Shown in pieces: positions 19,115-28,509 of a DNA stretch of 64,000 nt. The notes beneath the pieces are model-generated. The model was not told the DNA's origin. It worked only from the letters and a program-made list of their open reading frames with translations, and searched no databases. The position numbers were made by a program, and so were the translations under genes. Within the stretch, counting starts at the first letter, position 1. Each line of letters opens with the position of its first letter. This DNA is from a virus: IMG/VR virus record IMGVR_UViG_3300023184_000039, positions 1 to 64,000 of that record. One strand, 5' to 3'.

Positions 19115-20027
19115 TTTGATTATTTCTCACTATCTGAATTGCTCTCATGTTTTTGGTTGGGTTTTGATTTAGGTATTCAAGAAGGTCTTTTTTGAGTGTG
19201 GGCATATAAACATTGGTTGAGTACTGGGCAACATCTGGAAATTCGGCTGGGTCAATGACGGATTCATCATACTTTTCATTAGGCGAACCATAACAATACC
19301 AACCCAAATATGAGTATCTTGTTCCACTATTTACTGGTTTCACTTCATGGGCAGCCATATAATTTGATGGAAAAAATAGAATATCTCCACGGTTTGGCGA
19401 ATACTCAATATCTAGGTAGGTAAAATAGTGGTTTCCACCCATAAAATGTTCGCCAGAATTGTTGAAGTACACAATGCACGAAACATTATTTCTTTGAGCA
19501 AGTTGGTTTGCTGGATGTGGTTGTCCATATTCATAGTCGGCACTCGTGTCTGAATGTTCACCAAGAAACGATTTGTTTTTGTCAAGATATGCAACAACAT
19601 GCCCTTTTACTTTCCACCAAATACTTTTGTATGCAACTGGGTATTGTTCAATATATCTCAGCAAATAAAAATCTTTTACTTTTTCTATAAAATCAAGAGT
19701 TTTTATTGCTGTTTCATCTTTGTCAAGGTGTGGAGACGAAAAACGTTTAGGCATTTTCTCTACACCAGATGGACCAAATGCATACAAGCTTCTGTTTAGG
19801 TAATGTTTTATTTTGCCATTGTTGTCAAATACTGGTGTGTATGAAGAAGCAAACTCCGACATCACACCATTGGTGCAGAACAAATCACACCATTCCCAGT
19901 CAAGCTCAATTGCATTCCGAAACAAAATAACTCCACTACCAAGAATTTCTGCAGTGACATTATTATTCGCATTAATGTGTTCACCAGAAATATTTTGTTC
20001 AGTTTGACTAATTGTTGCATCATTCAT
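19104..20027 (-). CDS. Prolyl-4-hydroxylase-type Fe(II)/2OG dioxygenase
   Basis: HSD, VYFN, GDILFFPSNYMAAHEVKPVNSGTRY. Confidence 0.9.
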   Translation of the reverse strand: MNDATISQTEQNISGEHINANNNVTAEILGSGVILFRNAIELDWEWCDLFCTNGVMSEFASSYTPVFDNNGKIKHYLNRSLYAFGPSGVEKMPKRFSSPHLDKDETAIKTLDFIEKVKDFYLLRYIEQYPVAYKSIWWKVKGHVVAYLDKNKSFLGEHSDTSADYEYGQPHPANQLAQRNNVSCIVYFNNSGEHFMGGNHYFTYLDIEYSPNRGDILFFPSNYMAAHEVKPVNSGTRYSYLGWYCYGSPNEKYDESVIDPAEFPDVAQYSTNVYMPTLKKDLLEYLNQNPTKNMRAIQIVRNNQSEY

Positions 20028-20067
20028 GTTGCAACAGTATCACAAACAAATCATTCTCATCAATGAC

Positions 20068-20823
20068 TTAATCTTTAATAAATATGGTCTTTCCGTCCTG
20101 CACTGAATGGAAGACAAATCCATTCAGGGATAGTAAATATTTATGCATTTTCCAATAGGATTGATTGACAGTTGCAACACTATAAAGTCTTCTGGAATCA
20201 CTGCTGTTCTTCAATACTAGATACCCTCCATGTTTTAGAGAGTCAGTAAGTTTTTTCAACAATTTTGTATTTTGATGTACTTCCATTGCTTGAATTGATA
20301 TAAGTGAAAATTTCTCTGATTCATTTGCATTGGGGTCAATATCGTCATAAGATAATGCACTGTATGAATGATTCTTTGTCACATCGTACTCATCTCGAAT
20401 AAAGTTTTCATATACATACAACGAGTCATTGTTGATAAGACTCCATTTTGTATCTATATTTTTTGATTGCGCTAAAGCAAGAAATTGTATTTCGTGCATT
20501 ATGGACAAATGACCAGAAATCAAAATGTTACTTCTATCTGCGGCCAGGGTCTCAATGAAGTAAGACCTTGCACTTAATTCACCAACAGTAACAAATCCAA
20601 TATTTTTTGTGGCGAGCACATCGTAAAGCATCATCTCTGGGTCGTGGGGTGGGCGAGCAATAAGCCGCTTGTCAAGATTTAATGTATTTCTATGGTCAAC
20701 AACATTTTGACAAATTTCACCCTCTATTTCAACAAGATTCAAACCACTATATTTTGTTGTTGAATTTGTTGAAATTGCTACAGCAACACCAGCAGTAACA
20801 CTGTTCTTGGAGTTTTCAGCCAT
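20068..20823 (-). CDS. Hypothetical protein, possible degenerate class I SAM methyltransferase
   Basis: FSLISI...LLKKLTDSLKHGGYLVL resembles post-motif-IV MTase elements; no clear GxGxG. Confidence 0.4.
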   Translation of the reverse strand: MAENSKNSVTAGVAVAISTNSTTKYSGLNLVEIEGEICQNVVDHRNTLNLDKRLIARPPHDPEMMLYDVLATKNIGFVTVGELSARSYFIETLAADRSNILISGHLSIMHEIQFLALAQSKNIDTKWSLINNDSLYVYENFIRDEYDVTKNHSYSALSYDDIDPNANESEKFSLISIQAMEVHQNTKLLKKLTDSLKHGGYLVLKNSSDSRRLYSVATVNQSYWKMHKYLLSLNGFVFHSVQDGKTIFIKD

Positions 20824-21124
20824 TTTTTATACCTCTAGCAATACTTAACGACCAATTTGCCAATCGAATTTCTTGACTTAATCCAAGTCTTGTTTTAAGC
20901 AAATATGCTTTCGCGCTATGTAAATTACTTCCATAAACATTTACATCTCTTGCACCAGTAATTTCATCAATTTCATTTATGACAACATCAATGGCTGGAA
21001 GAGTGGATGAATCAATGTAGGCCCCAGAAGCCATAGCAATAACAATATATTTGTATGTTGATTGCTCTATGTCCGCATCAACATCGTAGATATTGGCATC
21101 TGTTGGCTCCCATGTTTTTATCAT
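20816..21124 (-). CDS. Hypothetical protein
   Basis: In a tightly coupled operon. Confidence 0.65.
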   Translation of the reverse strand: MIKTWEPTDANIYDVDADIEQSTYKYIVIAMASGAYIDSSTLPAIDVVINEIDEITGARDVNVYGSNLHSAKAYLLKTRLGLSQEIRLANWSLSIARGIKNG

Positions 21125-21330
21125 TACAAATCACCACCGGTAACATGTAGGCAATCAATAGATACATGATTCTTGCCGTCACCCGCAATTTTCCAAGAAC
21201 TTGTTTTTTTGTCAAAAGATACAACCTGTTGATTCAATTGTTCTTTTGAGTCTCTTGGCTGAAGGTAGGGGGCTGATTTTTCCACTTCTGGAATAATTGG
21301 AATATTGATTTCCATAAAATTACATCTCAT
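21124..21330 (-). CDS. Hypothetical protein
   Basis: Overlapping start/stop coupling. Confidence 0.55.
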   Translation of the reverse strand: MRCNFMEINIPIIPEVEKSAPYLQPRDSKEQLNQQVVSFDKKTSSWKIAGDGKNHVSIDCLHVTGGDL

Positions 21331-21568
21331 TCAATTTTGTTAATGCTGCAATTTGTTTTTTTAGGGAAGCATGGTTGTTGTAATCTGTTGCATTGTCATC
21401 CGTCAGGGCAAAAGGAATGTCGTAAGAATCTCCAATTGATGCAATATCAATGCCCAACAATGCACACAATGTATAAATTGAGTATTCAAGAAGGTCTGTG
21501 GCTTCTGCTTTTGCTTCAATTAATCTTTCTGCAGATAACAATGTTGTGCGCACCGTCATATTATTCAC
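21320..21568 (-). CDS. Hypothetical small helical protein
   Basis: GAGG RBS; similar architecture to 21561..21818. Confidence 0.65.
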   Translation of the reverse strand: MNNMTVRTTLLSAERLIEAKAEATDLLEYSIYTLCALLGIDIASIGDSYDIPFALTDDNATDYNNHASLKKQIAALTKLNEM

Positions 21569-21818
21569 CTCTCAAATTTGCAATTTGTTCTTCGAGTTTT
21601 TCAACTTGCAAACCCAAACTTTTGATATGTTCATGGTTTGGGAGGGGGGTGGAATCGGCACCAACTGCTGGGGTGAATGTTTTTGGTTCAAATGCATCTG
21701 TATCCATTTCTTCTGTGAGCAAAAGCAAAAATAGGCGATTTTTCAGTGTCGTAAGAGCGTCGTTATATATCGACAACTTTCGTGAGTCCGATAGGTTGAA
21801 TTCCATTGCATCTCCCAA
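21561..21818 (-). CDS. Hypothetical small helical protein
   Basis: Likely start MEFNL (GGAG RBS); C-terminal coiled coil. Confidence 0.65.
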   Translation of the reverse strand: MGDAMEFNLSDSRKLSIYNDALTTLKNRLFLLLLTEEMDTDAFEPKTFTPAVGADSTPLPNHEHIKSLGLQVEKLEEQIANLRGE

Positions 21819-21923
21819 TAATGTTAAAAATATTGTGTTCCTGTATTATACAGTACCACATAGAGAAATTGGGTAGTTGTGGTGTGCACCATCCCTACAC
21901 CCATGAGGGAATTGGTGCTGTGA

Positions 21924-22592
21924 TTACTCGTAGTGAAACAACCCATTGGACAGGGCTACTGGCGGGCACTCTTTGTGCCAAAGGTTGATTACAAGCACGC
22001 TTCTTTTTCCAGATACCACCGGTGTAGTCCCATGGACAGTGTGCCCAGCATCAAACATTATCAACCTATTGGGACTACAAAAGATTCTTTCGCGCTCCTC
22101 AATTGGTGACGGTTCTATTTTCTCAAGACCATCCTGGGTTCCATTTTTGACAATGGTTTTATGTATTTCCAGATAGCCACCTTCCACCCCAGTATTGGTG
22201 TTTGGATAATATACCGAACCCCAGTGTGGTCCGTTCAATATTTTTGTATTTGCATATTCAAAAGTATCCTCATCTAGATGGGGTGGCAAATTCTGACCAA
22301 CTTCAAAAGTCCGAGCCCAGTACTCAAACCCAAGAACATCCTCCTCAGCAAAAGGCATGTTGGGTCGCCAGATAGCCTCAATCAAAATTTTTGCAGTTGT
22401 ATTGGCGCTACCCTTCCACCAACCATCCCAAAACATGTATGGAGCAAATACCTTTGCACCAGGTTCGTGGTATTGATTTAACCTAGAACCAATGCCCTCT
22501 TCGTTCCCCATCGATTGAGGGAACAAATTCCTATCATTCTTAATCAAGGATAGTAATTTTTCATCTTTGATATAATTATCAATAACAAGCAT
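21924..22592 (-). CDS. Fe(II)/2OG dioxygenase (prolyl-hydroxylase-like)
   Basis: FEYW...PHLDED...GSVYY...GGYL...NRLIMFD...HGT.....G.RSVLVINLW. Confidence 0.85.
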   Translation of the reverse strand: MLVIDNYIKDEKLLSLIKNDRNLFPQSMGNEEGIGSRLNQYHEPGAKVFAPYMFWDGWWKGSANTTAKILIEAIWRPNMPFAEEDVLGFEYWARTFEVGQNLPPHLDEDTFEYANTKILNGPHWGSVYYPNTNTGVEGGYLEIHKTIVKNGTQDGLEKIEPSPIEERERIFCSPNRLIMFDAGHTVHGTTPVVSGKRSVLVINLWHKECPPVALSNGLFHYE

Positions 22593-22636
22593 AATTTCCT
22601 TAACTCATCATAAAAAACTAATATTTTAAACTAAAT

Positions 22637-23338
22637 TTATGTTGGTTCATTTAGCTTTGGGAGACCGGTAAACGATGGTCCAATTTTATTTCCATCAGCA
22701 TCAATTCCAGTCCTAATGCCCCTTGTCCATGTCCAGGGGTTATTCTTGTTGTTGGCCATTTTCATATTACCGTATTTTTGTCTACTTTTCATTAGTTCTG
22801 GTTTATCCCAAAGGTTTTCAACCACGAACTCAGTGTTTTCGTGAACCAAACTATCAAACATTGAAAAAAACATAAACGGCATTCCGGCCTCAAAGGTCAC
22901 TGGTTCTCCAACTTTGGTGATTGCCCAGTTCATCTGAAATTCGTCTGGCCACCAACTACTTGGGATTATCGCAGACAACGGTGATGCTCCATCAACTAGA
23001 TAGTTTGGTGAACCACCAATCCATGTCTCGTATCCATCTTCCGTACCAAAGGCCCATCCAGTCGAAAACGAAACCATTCCGATTATCCCGCCGTAGGCAA
23101 TTTGACGACCCTCATACTCCGCTCCAGAAATTATTGTTGGCACAGTGTTCCCACCGTCCCACTTCGCAACAACATCCTGCTGGAGGATTAACTCCCACCC
23201 ATAGACATTTGCATACGTCATCGGAAGACACTGGTATGCATGCTTGTTGTATGTGTTATCCATCCATTCACGCTTAATCCGTGATTGTTTTATCTCTGGT
23301 GGATTTTGTGTTGTTCTTGTTAATGTAAATTTAGGCAT
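22637..23338 (-). CDS. DUF6065-like protein
   Basis: REWMD.T..KHAY.CLP...AN..GWEL N-terminal signature; F.MNW....G.PV.F..G.PF. Confidence 0.75.
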   Translation of the reverse strand: MPKFTLTRTTQNPPEIKQSRIKREWMDNTYNKHAYQCLPMTYANVYGWELILQQDVVAKWDGGNTVPTIISGAEYEGRQIAYGGIIGMVSFSTGWAFGTEDGYETWIGGSPNYLVDGASPLSAIIPSSWWPDEFQMNWAITKVGEPVTFEAGMPFMFFSMFDSLVHENTEFVVENLWDKPELMKSRQKYGNMKMANNKNNPWTWTRGIRTGIDADGNKIGPSFTGLPKLNEPT

Positions 23339-23975
23339 TGTAACCAGAACTGGGCTTTATGTCGTGATTCCTGTCATTGTAGTCAAACATGGTGACCGCA
23401 ACATACTTCGTTCCGCTTGTTACTGGTTTTGATGCATGAGCATAGGTGTATGTTGATGGGAACATAATTATGTCACCAGCTTTTGGCGTGTATGTCAAGT
23501 CCATGAATGGAAACCATAATTCCCCACCATCATAACCATCATTAAGGTATAGAACGGAAGAAACGGTGCAGGTGTAGGAGAATCCATGGTCGGTGTGAAC
23601 CTGAAAATGCTGTCCAGTGTTATAGCGAACATAATTGATTGCCTCCATGTATTCCATGGTTATGTTGTAGCGCGACTGATAGTCGGATAAGCATTTTTGC
23701 AAACAAGTTTTCGTGTCCCCATAGATACTCCTCAGTCCTTCAAACTGAGGAGGGAGATGCTGCATGTGCATCTCACCAATTTTGCAGTCAACACAGTCTC
23801 GGTATTCTGGCATTTTTTGGCTATGCCCAACCAATGCCTCCATCCACATGTATGGGGATGTTTGGCTATTGCCGACTGCTTCCTCAAGTCTTTGGGGAAT
23901 GCTTAATTCCACGGGTATTGCATTCGTGTATACGATTATGGCCAACTTTGGGTCACCTAAAAAGTAATTTTCCAT
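23331..23975 (-). CDS. Prolyl-4-hydroxylase-type Fe(II)/2OG dioxygenase
   Basis: HTD, LYLNDGYDGGEL.F, GDIIMFPS...HASKPVTSGTKY. Confidence 0.9.
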   Translation of the reverse strand: MENYFLGDPKLAIIVYTNAIPVELSIPQRLEEAVGNSQTSPYMWMEALVGHSQKMPEYRDCVDCKIGEMHMQHLPPQFEGLRSIYGDTKTCLQKCLSDYQSRYNITMEYMEAINYVRYNTGQHFQVHTDHGFSYTCTVSSVLYLNDGYDGGELWFPFMDLTYTPKAGDIIMFPSTYTYAHASKPVTSGTKYVAVTMFDYNDRNHDIKPSSGYNA

Positions 23976-24057
23976 GCCTGGATGTTATCAGGCGTAATTT
24001 TAAAATATGGTTATGTGGTAACATTTTGGGTAATAGTCAAACAATACGGAGAACCAA

Positions 24058-24960
24058 ATGAGCATGATTCAAGAGGGTGTATCGGCGCAAAATGAAGTGA
24101 TTCTGCCGATATCCATATATGACATATCCGTGTCATCGGCTGATGGAAAGAAAAAAGATATCCTTTCTGGTCGACACGGCAAGGTGACTCTTATATTTAA
24201 TGTTGCGGCTGGTTGTGGGAATATCCCCCAACATTCAGTCCTTGAGGAACTACGACAAATCTACAAAGATGAAAAAGACTTTGACATTATTGCCATCACG
24301 GTTGATGACTTTACCTGCCACGGCTACCCAGAATTTCAAAACGGCTTAAAGGCTTACGCTGAGGCAAACAACCTAGACATGACCGAAGGACAGGTGGCCC
24401 AGTATTATGCCGAAACCAATTTTGGAACGACATTTGAATTCACCGAACTGACAAACGGAAGATACGACAAACACAATTACAGCGATGGGTATAGTCCGAC
24501 AAGGGATAAAATCCAAGAGATGCATCCATTGTGGTCCTACTTGACCGGTGCATATAGCGCAGATATGGGTGACAATGGGCTTCCGTATAGCGTTGAAGAA
24601 GTTCCATGGTCAGATGAAAAACCAAACTATCAACCCAACAAAAAGCCTTACGACCCACTAACGGGCAACTTCACCAAGTTTTTAATTGACAGAACTGGAA
24701 CAAAAGCTACACGCTATGCAAGTGGGTTCCTGCTTGGGGAGAGGGATATCAATAATCACACATTTCCTTGGGTCACAGAAAAATACCAACCCAATGGAAA
24801 GCGTGACTGGATGCCGGTAACAGAAGAAGGAAAAGACCTCAATGCACATTTAAAAGTTGAAAGTGATACAGGTGTGTGGCCAGCCAAATGGCAAAGGGAC
24901 GGAATTGACCACTCACTAGAAATAATCAAGACTGACATAGATAGGTATTTACTTTCATGA
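24058..24960 (+). CDS. Glutathione-peroxidase-like protein (Cys type)
   Basis: GKVTLIFNVAAGCG...Q...LEEL; HPLWSYL; NFTKFLIDRTG. Confidence 0.8.
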   Translation: MSMIQEGVSAQNEVILPISIYDISVSSADGKKKDILSGRHGKVTLIFNVAAGCGNIPQHSVLEELRQIYKDEKDFDIIAITVDDFTCHGYPEFQNGLKAYAEANNLDMTEGQVAQYYAETNFGTTFEFTELTNGRYDKHNYSDGYSPTRDKIQEMHPLWSYLTGAYSADMGDNGLPYSVEEVPWSDEKPNYQPNKKPYDPLTGNFTKFLIDRTGTKATRYASGFLLGERDINNHTFPWVTEKYQPNGKRDWMPVTEEGKDLNAHLKVESDTGVWPAKWQRDGIDHSLEIIKTDIDRYLLS

Positions 24961-25721
24961 CGTTGACCGAACAACATGTTTCCACAAAAACTGTGTTGAC
25001 CAATGAACAAATATTAGATTTCCAAACTAATGGATTTCTAGTTTTAGAAAAATTCATAACACCAGAATTGATTGATGCCCACATGAGCAACCCGAAACGA
25101 AACCATTCGGAAAAAGTTGACCATAAAGCAGATGGTTCAGTTCTAAATATACTCTGTGGGGATGAAGTTCAGGAAGTACTCAAACAACTGGATTACGGTG
25201 TTGCCCTCCATTCTGCCGTAACGTACGAAACCAGTTCGGAAAAACCGTGGCATCAAGACGTGGTTCTTACATCAAAATTTGGTGGTGCGCAATATGTTGG
25301 AGTTTGGGTTGCTTGTGAGGATATTTCCGAAGATAGTGGGCCGTTTCAATTAATCCCAGGTTCTCACAAGTGGGATATTGATTACAAGAATGTCTATGAT
25401 TTACCAGAAGAAGAATTGGCAGTGGGTTCACAGAAAAGAATAGAACTTGAAGTTGAGAAAAGAAAATTGGACTCAAGAGTGTTTAAGTTTCATGCAAAAA
25501 AGGGAGACATTATAGTCTGGCATGGACAATTATTCCATTCTGCAGCGACACCAACAAACAGAAATTCAACAAGAAAATCCTTAACTGGACATTATTGCAA
25601 TGCATATGCGCACAATCGGCAAAATGAAAGCCCCCCAACAGTGGATTTCATCTTAAAGCAGATGGATTCGTTAACCGAGATGTATGCTCGCAACAATAGT
25701 GGTGGTTACTACTTCCTTTAA
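24957..25721 (+). CDS. PhyH-family Fe(II)/2OG dioxygenase
   Basis: F..NGFLVL, WHQD, VGVWVACEDI, LIPGSHKW, KKGDIIVWHGQLFH, R.SL. Confidence 0.9.
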   Translation: MTLTEQHVSTKTVLTNEQILDFQTNGFLVLEKFITPELIDAHMSNPKRNHSEKVDHKADGSVLNILCGDEVQEVLKQLDYGVALHSAVTYETSSEKPWHQDVVLTSKFGGAQYVGVWVACEDISEDSGPFQLIPGSHKWDIDYKNVYDLPEEELAVGSQKRIELEVEKRKLDSRVFKFHAKKGDIIVWHGQLFHSAATPTNRNSTRKSLTGHYCNAYAHNRQNESPPTVDFILKQMDSLTEMYARNNSGGYYFL

Positions 25722-25728
25722 ACATCTT

Positions 25729-26289
25729 ATGGCAAATGTTGGAATAGTTTCCCTTGGCTCAATGGGCACATCATTGGCATACTCGTTATCTATTTCTGGG
25801 CATAACCTATTCTGGGCATCAGATGGTCGTTCAGAAAAAACGAAGATGAACAAAACACTGCTTGCAAATAACGATATTTTGGTATCTGATGTAGGTAATA
25901 TTTCGGAACTTTCCAAAAAGTGCGAATTCATATTCTGTGTTGGACGAGTGAATATCGCCGAAGAAACCGTGATTAGTCTGAAGGATGCTGATTACTCTGG
26001 GGTTCTCGTGGATTGCAACACCCTGTGGGACGAAGTTGAGGAGAATAGATACTACGAATTGCTGAATGATTCAAAAATTCAGTATGTAGATTGTGCCCTG
26101 AGGGGATATCCAATTAATATCGGTTCTTTGAGCGACGGACTTAAAAGGGTGATGCTATTGAGCGGCCAAAAATCCGACAATGTAGCCGAGTTGTTTTCCG
26201 ACGGAATATGGAAAACGGTTATCAGTGAGAATAAAGTAAAGAGTTACAATCGATGGATTACCGCAAATGCACCGGATATGGATTTATAA
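25729..26289 (+). CDS. NAD(P)-binding Rossmann protein (6PGD / 3-hydroxyisobutyrate dehydrogenase N-domain)
   Basis: NVGIVSLGSMGTSLA; LVDCNT; YVDCAL.G.P; appears to lack the C-terminal helical domain. Confidence 0.7.
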   Translation: MANVGIVSLGSMGTSLAYSLSISGHNLFWASDGRSEKTKMNKTLLANNDILVSDVGNISELSKKCEFIFCVGRVNIAEETVISLKDADYSGVLVDCNTLWDEVEENRYYELLNDSKIQYVDCALRGYPINIGSLSDGLKRVMLLSGQKSDNVAELFSDGIWKTVISENKVKSYNRWITANAPDMDL

Positions 26290-26296
26290 AAACAAA

Positions 26297-26923
26297 TCAA
26301 TCGTTTTGTATTACCGAGTAAAATGCAGGGGTGGTAAATCTCTCTCCAGACGTAACTATCTTTACTCCATGTAAATAATTTATATCACCTGGGTGGACTA
26401 CTGCTAGTCCTGGTTCTGGCTTTACGGTTATTCCATGCTGTGGGTAGTACAGTTCACCGCCGTCAAAATCATCGTTATAGTAAAAAAGGGAATTTATATC
26501 GTAGTCAGGAAATGGATTTGGCAGTCCGTTATTCATCTGCTTATCTGCGTGCGGCTTTTGTTCAATTCCCGGAAACCATCTGATTATGCACGGAGGCCGA
26601 TTTGACAGCGACACATTAAATAACTCACTTGCCAAAGAATTCATTTTTGCAATGTATGAATCAATCAATTCGTAAATGCCCAAATCAACTGATTTAAGAA
26701 TATCCCCTGGACACTGTCGGTCATTCCAGTAGGAGGCATCGTATGTGCAGGTTCCGTCCTCTGAATATATATTGACCGGGGATGGATTTTTCCATTGCTT
26801 ATTGGTTCTTGCGAATTGCTCTATTCTCTTGGCGTCATCAAGGTCAATAAAGTTTTTGACAATATGTATGTTTTCAGGACCAGTGCCAAAATGTCCAGGC
26901 GCAATCTTCCATGGGGATGTCAT
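26297..26923 (-). CDS. Prolyl-4-hydroxylase-type Fe(II)/2OG dioxygenase
   Basis: HAD, YYNDDFDGGELYY, HPG...YLHGVKIVTSGERF. Confidence 0.9.
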   Translation of the reverse strand: MTSPWKIAPGHFGTGPENIHIVKNFIDLDDAKRIEQFARTNKQWKNPSPVNIYSEDGTCTYDASYWNDRQCPGDILKSVDLGIYELIDSYIAKMNSLASELFNVSLSNRPPCIIRWFPGIEQKPHADKQMNNGLPNPFPDYDINSLFYYNDDFDGGELYYPQHGITVKPEPGLAVVHPGDINYLHGVKIVTSGERFTTPAFYSVIQND

Positions 26924-26935
26924 TGGAGAATGATA

Positions 26936-27784
26936 TCAGATGAAATTCTTGTACTTTTCCACCACGCTTGGGATGATTGTTCCAGTGCCATTTTCATTAA
27001 GATAAACATATGGACGCAGTAGTTTTCCATTCTGTTTACTTATTTCCGTCCATTCTTCAATTCCATATGTGGCAACATTTTTGTGCCATTCTTCTGTTCC
27101 AGCAAATGGATATTTAATAAAATTCCGTGCCATAATTTTATCTCCCCCAGTAACACATTTTACAGAATGAAAATACGGCTTTCCACCTGGGAATAATGGC
27201 GAACCAGACGGGAAAACTAAAATATCTCCAGATTTTGGTTTATATGTAAATACTTTATCCAAAACAAAAAATTGAATTTCTCCACCGTCATAGTCATCTC
27301 CTAGGTAGGTAATACAGGTTATAAGAAATTTTTCCCCAGGAGAACCCATTGATTCTATTTGAAAATCAGAATGATACCCCATTGCTAGATTTCCAAAAAG
27401 TGCATCATTGGAACGTTCTTGAATTATTTTATATCTGGCGAGGCTTGGAGTCGTAACAAAAGAACCATCCGGCAATGGGACGTTGTTTGATGTTACATAA
27501 TTTGACATAGCACAGGATGTTGCCAATCCCAGTGATTCGTGTAGGAAAAACTCATCCACAAATTCACCATTGACCGTAATTGTCTCACCTAGCAATTCTA
27601 CTTTTTCGCTTGAGTATTTACCAAATGAAAGCCAGTCTGTCCACTCTTCATATATATATTTACCTTTATGAATTTGTTCTGAGTTGCGTATTATATTAAG
27701 AAGGTGCTCGTGGTTTGGAAGTAGTTTTCGGTAGACACAAATCAAATCGTGAATGTATTCTTTTTCAAAATTTAACCCAAACAT
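26936..27784 (-). CDS. Prolyl-4-hydroxylase-type Fe(II)/2OG dioxygenase
   Basis: HSD, YLGDDYDGGEI.F, GDILVFPS...YFHSVK.V..GDK. Confidence 0.9.
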   Translation of the reverse strand: MFGLNFEKEYIHDLICVYRKLLPNHEHLLNIIRNSEQIHKGKYIYEEWTDWLSFGKYSSEKVELLGETITVNGEFVDEFFLHESLGLATSCAMSNYVTSNNVPLPDGSFVTTPSLARYKIIQERSNDALFGNLAMGYHSDFQIESMGSPGEKFLITCITYLGDDYDGGEIQFFVLDKVFTYKPKSGDILVFPSGSPLFPGGKPYFHSVKCVTGGDKIMARNFIKYPFAGTEEWHKNVATYGIEEWTEISKQNGKLLRPYVYLNENGTGTIIPSVVEKYKNFI

Positions 27785-28488
27785 AGTTCATTCTCCCTTA
27801 CTGTTTCGTAGAGTTCGTGGTCAATGCTATTCAATTTTAATATTTCAGAAATTTCGGATTTGCTCAATTCAAAACCAATACGAGGAGAAACATTAGAATG
27901 AATATTGGCAACTGGTGAACCTAGAATATTTTCTATTTTTGCAATTATCGCATTTCTGTTTTCTAGAGTAAAAATATCAATATTGTTATCACGTATTGAT
28001 TCAAAAACTTTTTCAATCGGCGGTGATTTTGGCAAATGTAGTAAACCATATTCATCTGTGTAGGTTTTTGTTGACAAATACGAACTTTGCATATTTTCTT
28101 CCCCATCAAATCCAGCAAATTCGTAATCTTTTATTTTTGGGTGTGTTCCATACACAAATTTTAAAAATAGTTTTTTATTGGATAGATTTTCCAAATTATG
28201 ACGATGGTGATATGCAAACAGACTCATAAGTCTAGAAACTGGTTCTCGAATAATTGAAAAAGAATAGTCAAACTGAAGATATTCAAATGGGTCTAAGGCA
28301 AAATGCCCGCAAAGATAGTACTTTGGGTGTTGTTGAAAGAGTAATTTTGGTTTTCCGCTCACACCCCAAAAATCTCTACCACCAGAAACTCGGGGAGCAG
28401 ATTTATTTTTTTGTATTTCTGTAGTTAGGGATGTACCAGAAGTTTTTGGTATGTGAAGAAAGTACACAGCACTGTATTCTTTTTCCAT
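27772..28488 (-). CDS. Sulfotransferase family protein
   Basis: FLHIPKTSGTS (5'-PSB loop) and REPVSRLMS (3'-PB) PAPS-binding motifs; D.ELYE at the C-terminus. Confidence 0.85.
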   Translation of the reverse strand: MEKEYSAVYFLHIPKTSGTSLTTEIQKNKSAPRVSGGRDFWGVSGKPKLLFQQHPKYYLCGHFALDPFEYLQFDYSFSIIREPVSRLMSLFAYHHRHNLENLSNKKLFLKFVYGTHPKIKDYEFAGFDGEENMQSSYLSTKTYTDEYGLLHLPKSPPIEKVFESIRDNNIDIFTLENRNAIIAKIENILGSPVANIHSNVSPRIGFELSKSEISEILKLNSIDHELYETVRENELCLG

Positions 28489-28509
28489 GCCACAAACATA
28501 CCATTCTTA

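Noticed and set aside
24058-24960. Selenocysteine-containing glutathione peroxidase
   Set aside because: The active-site codon is TGT (Cys) and the ORF has no in-frame TGA.
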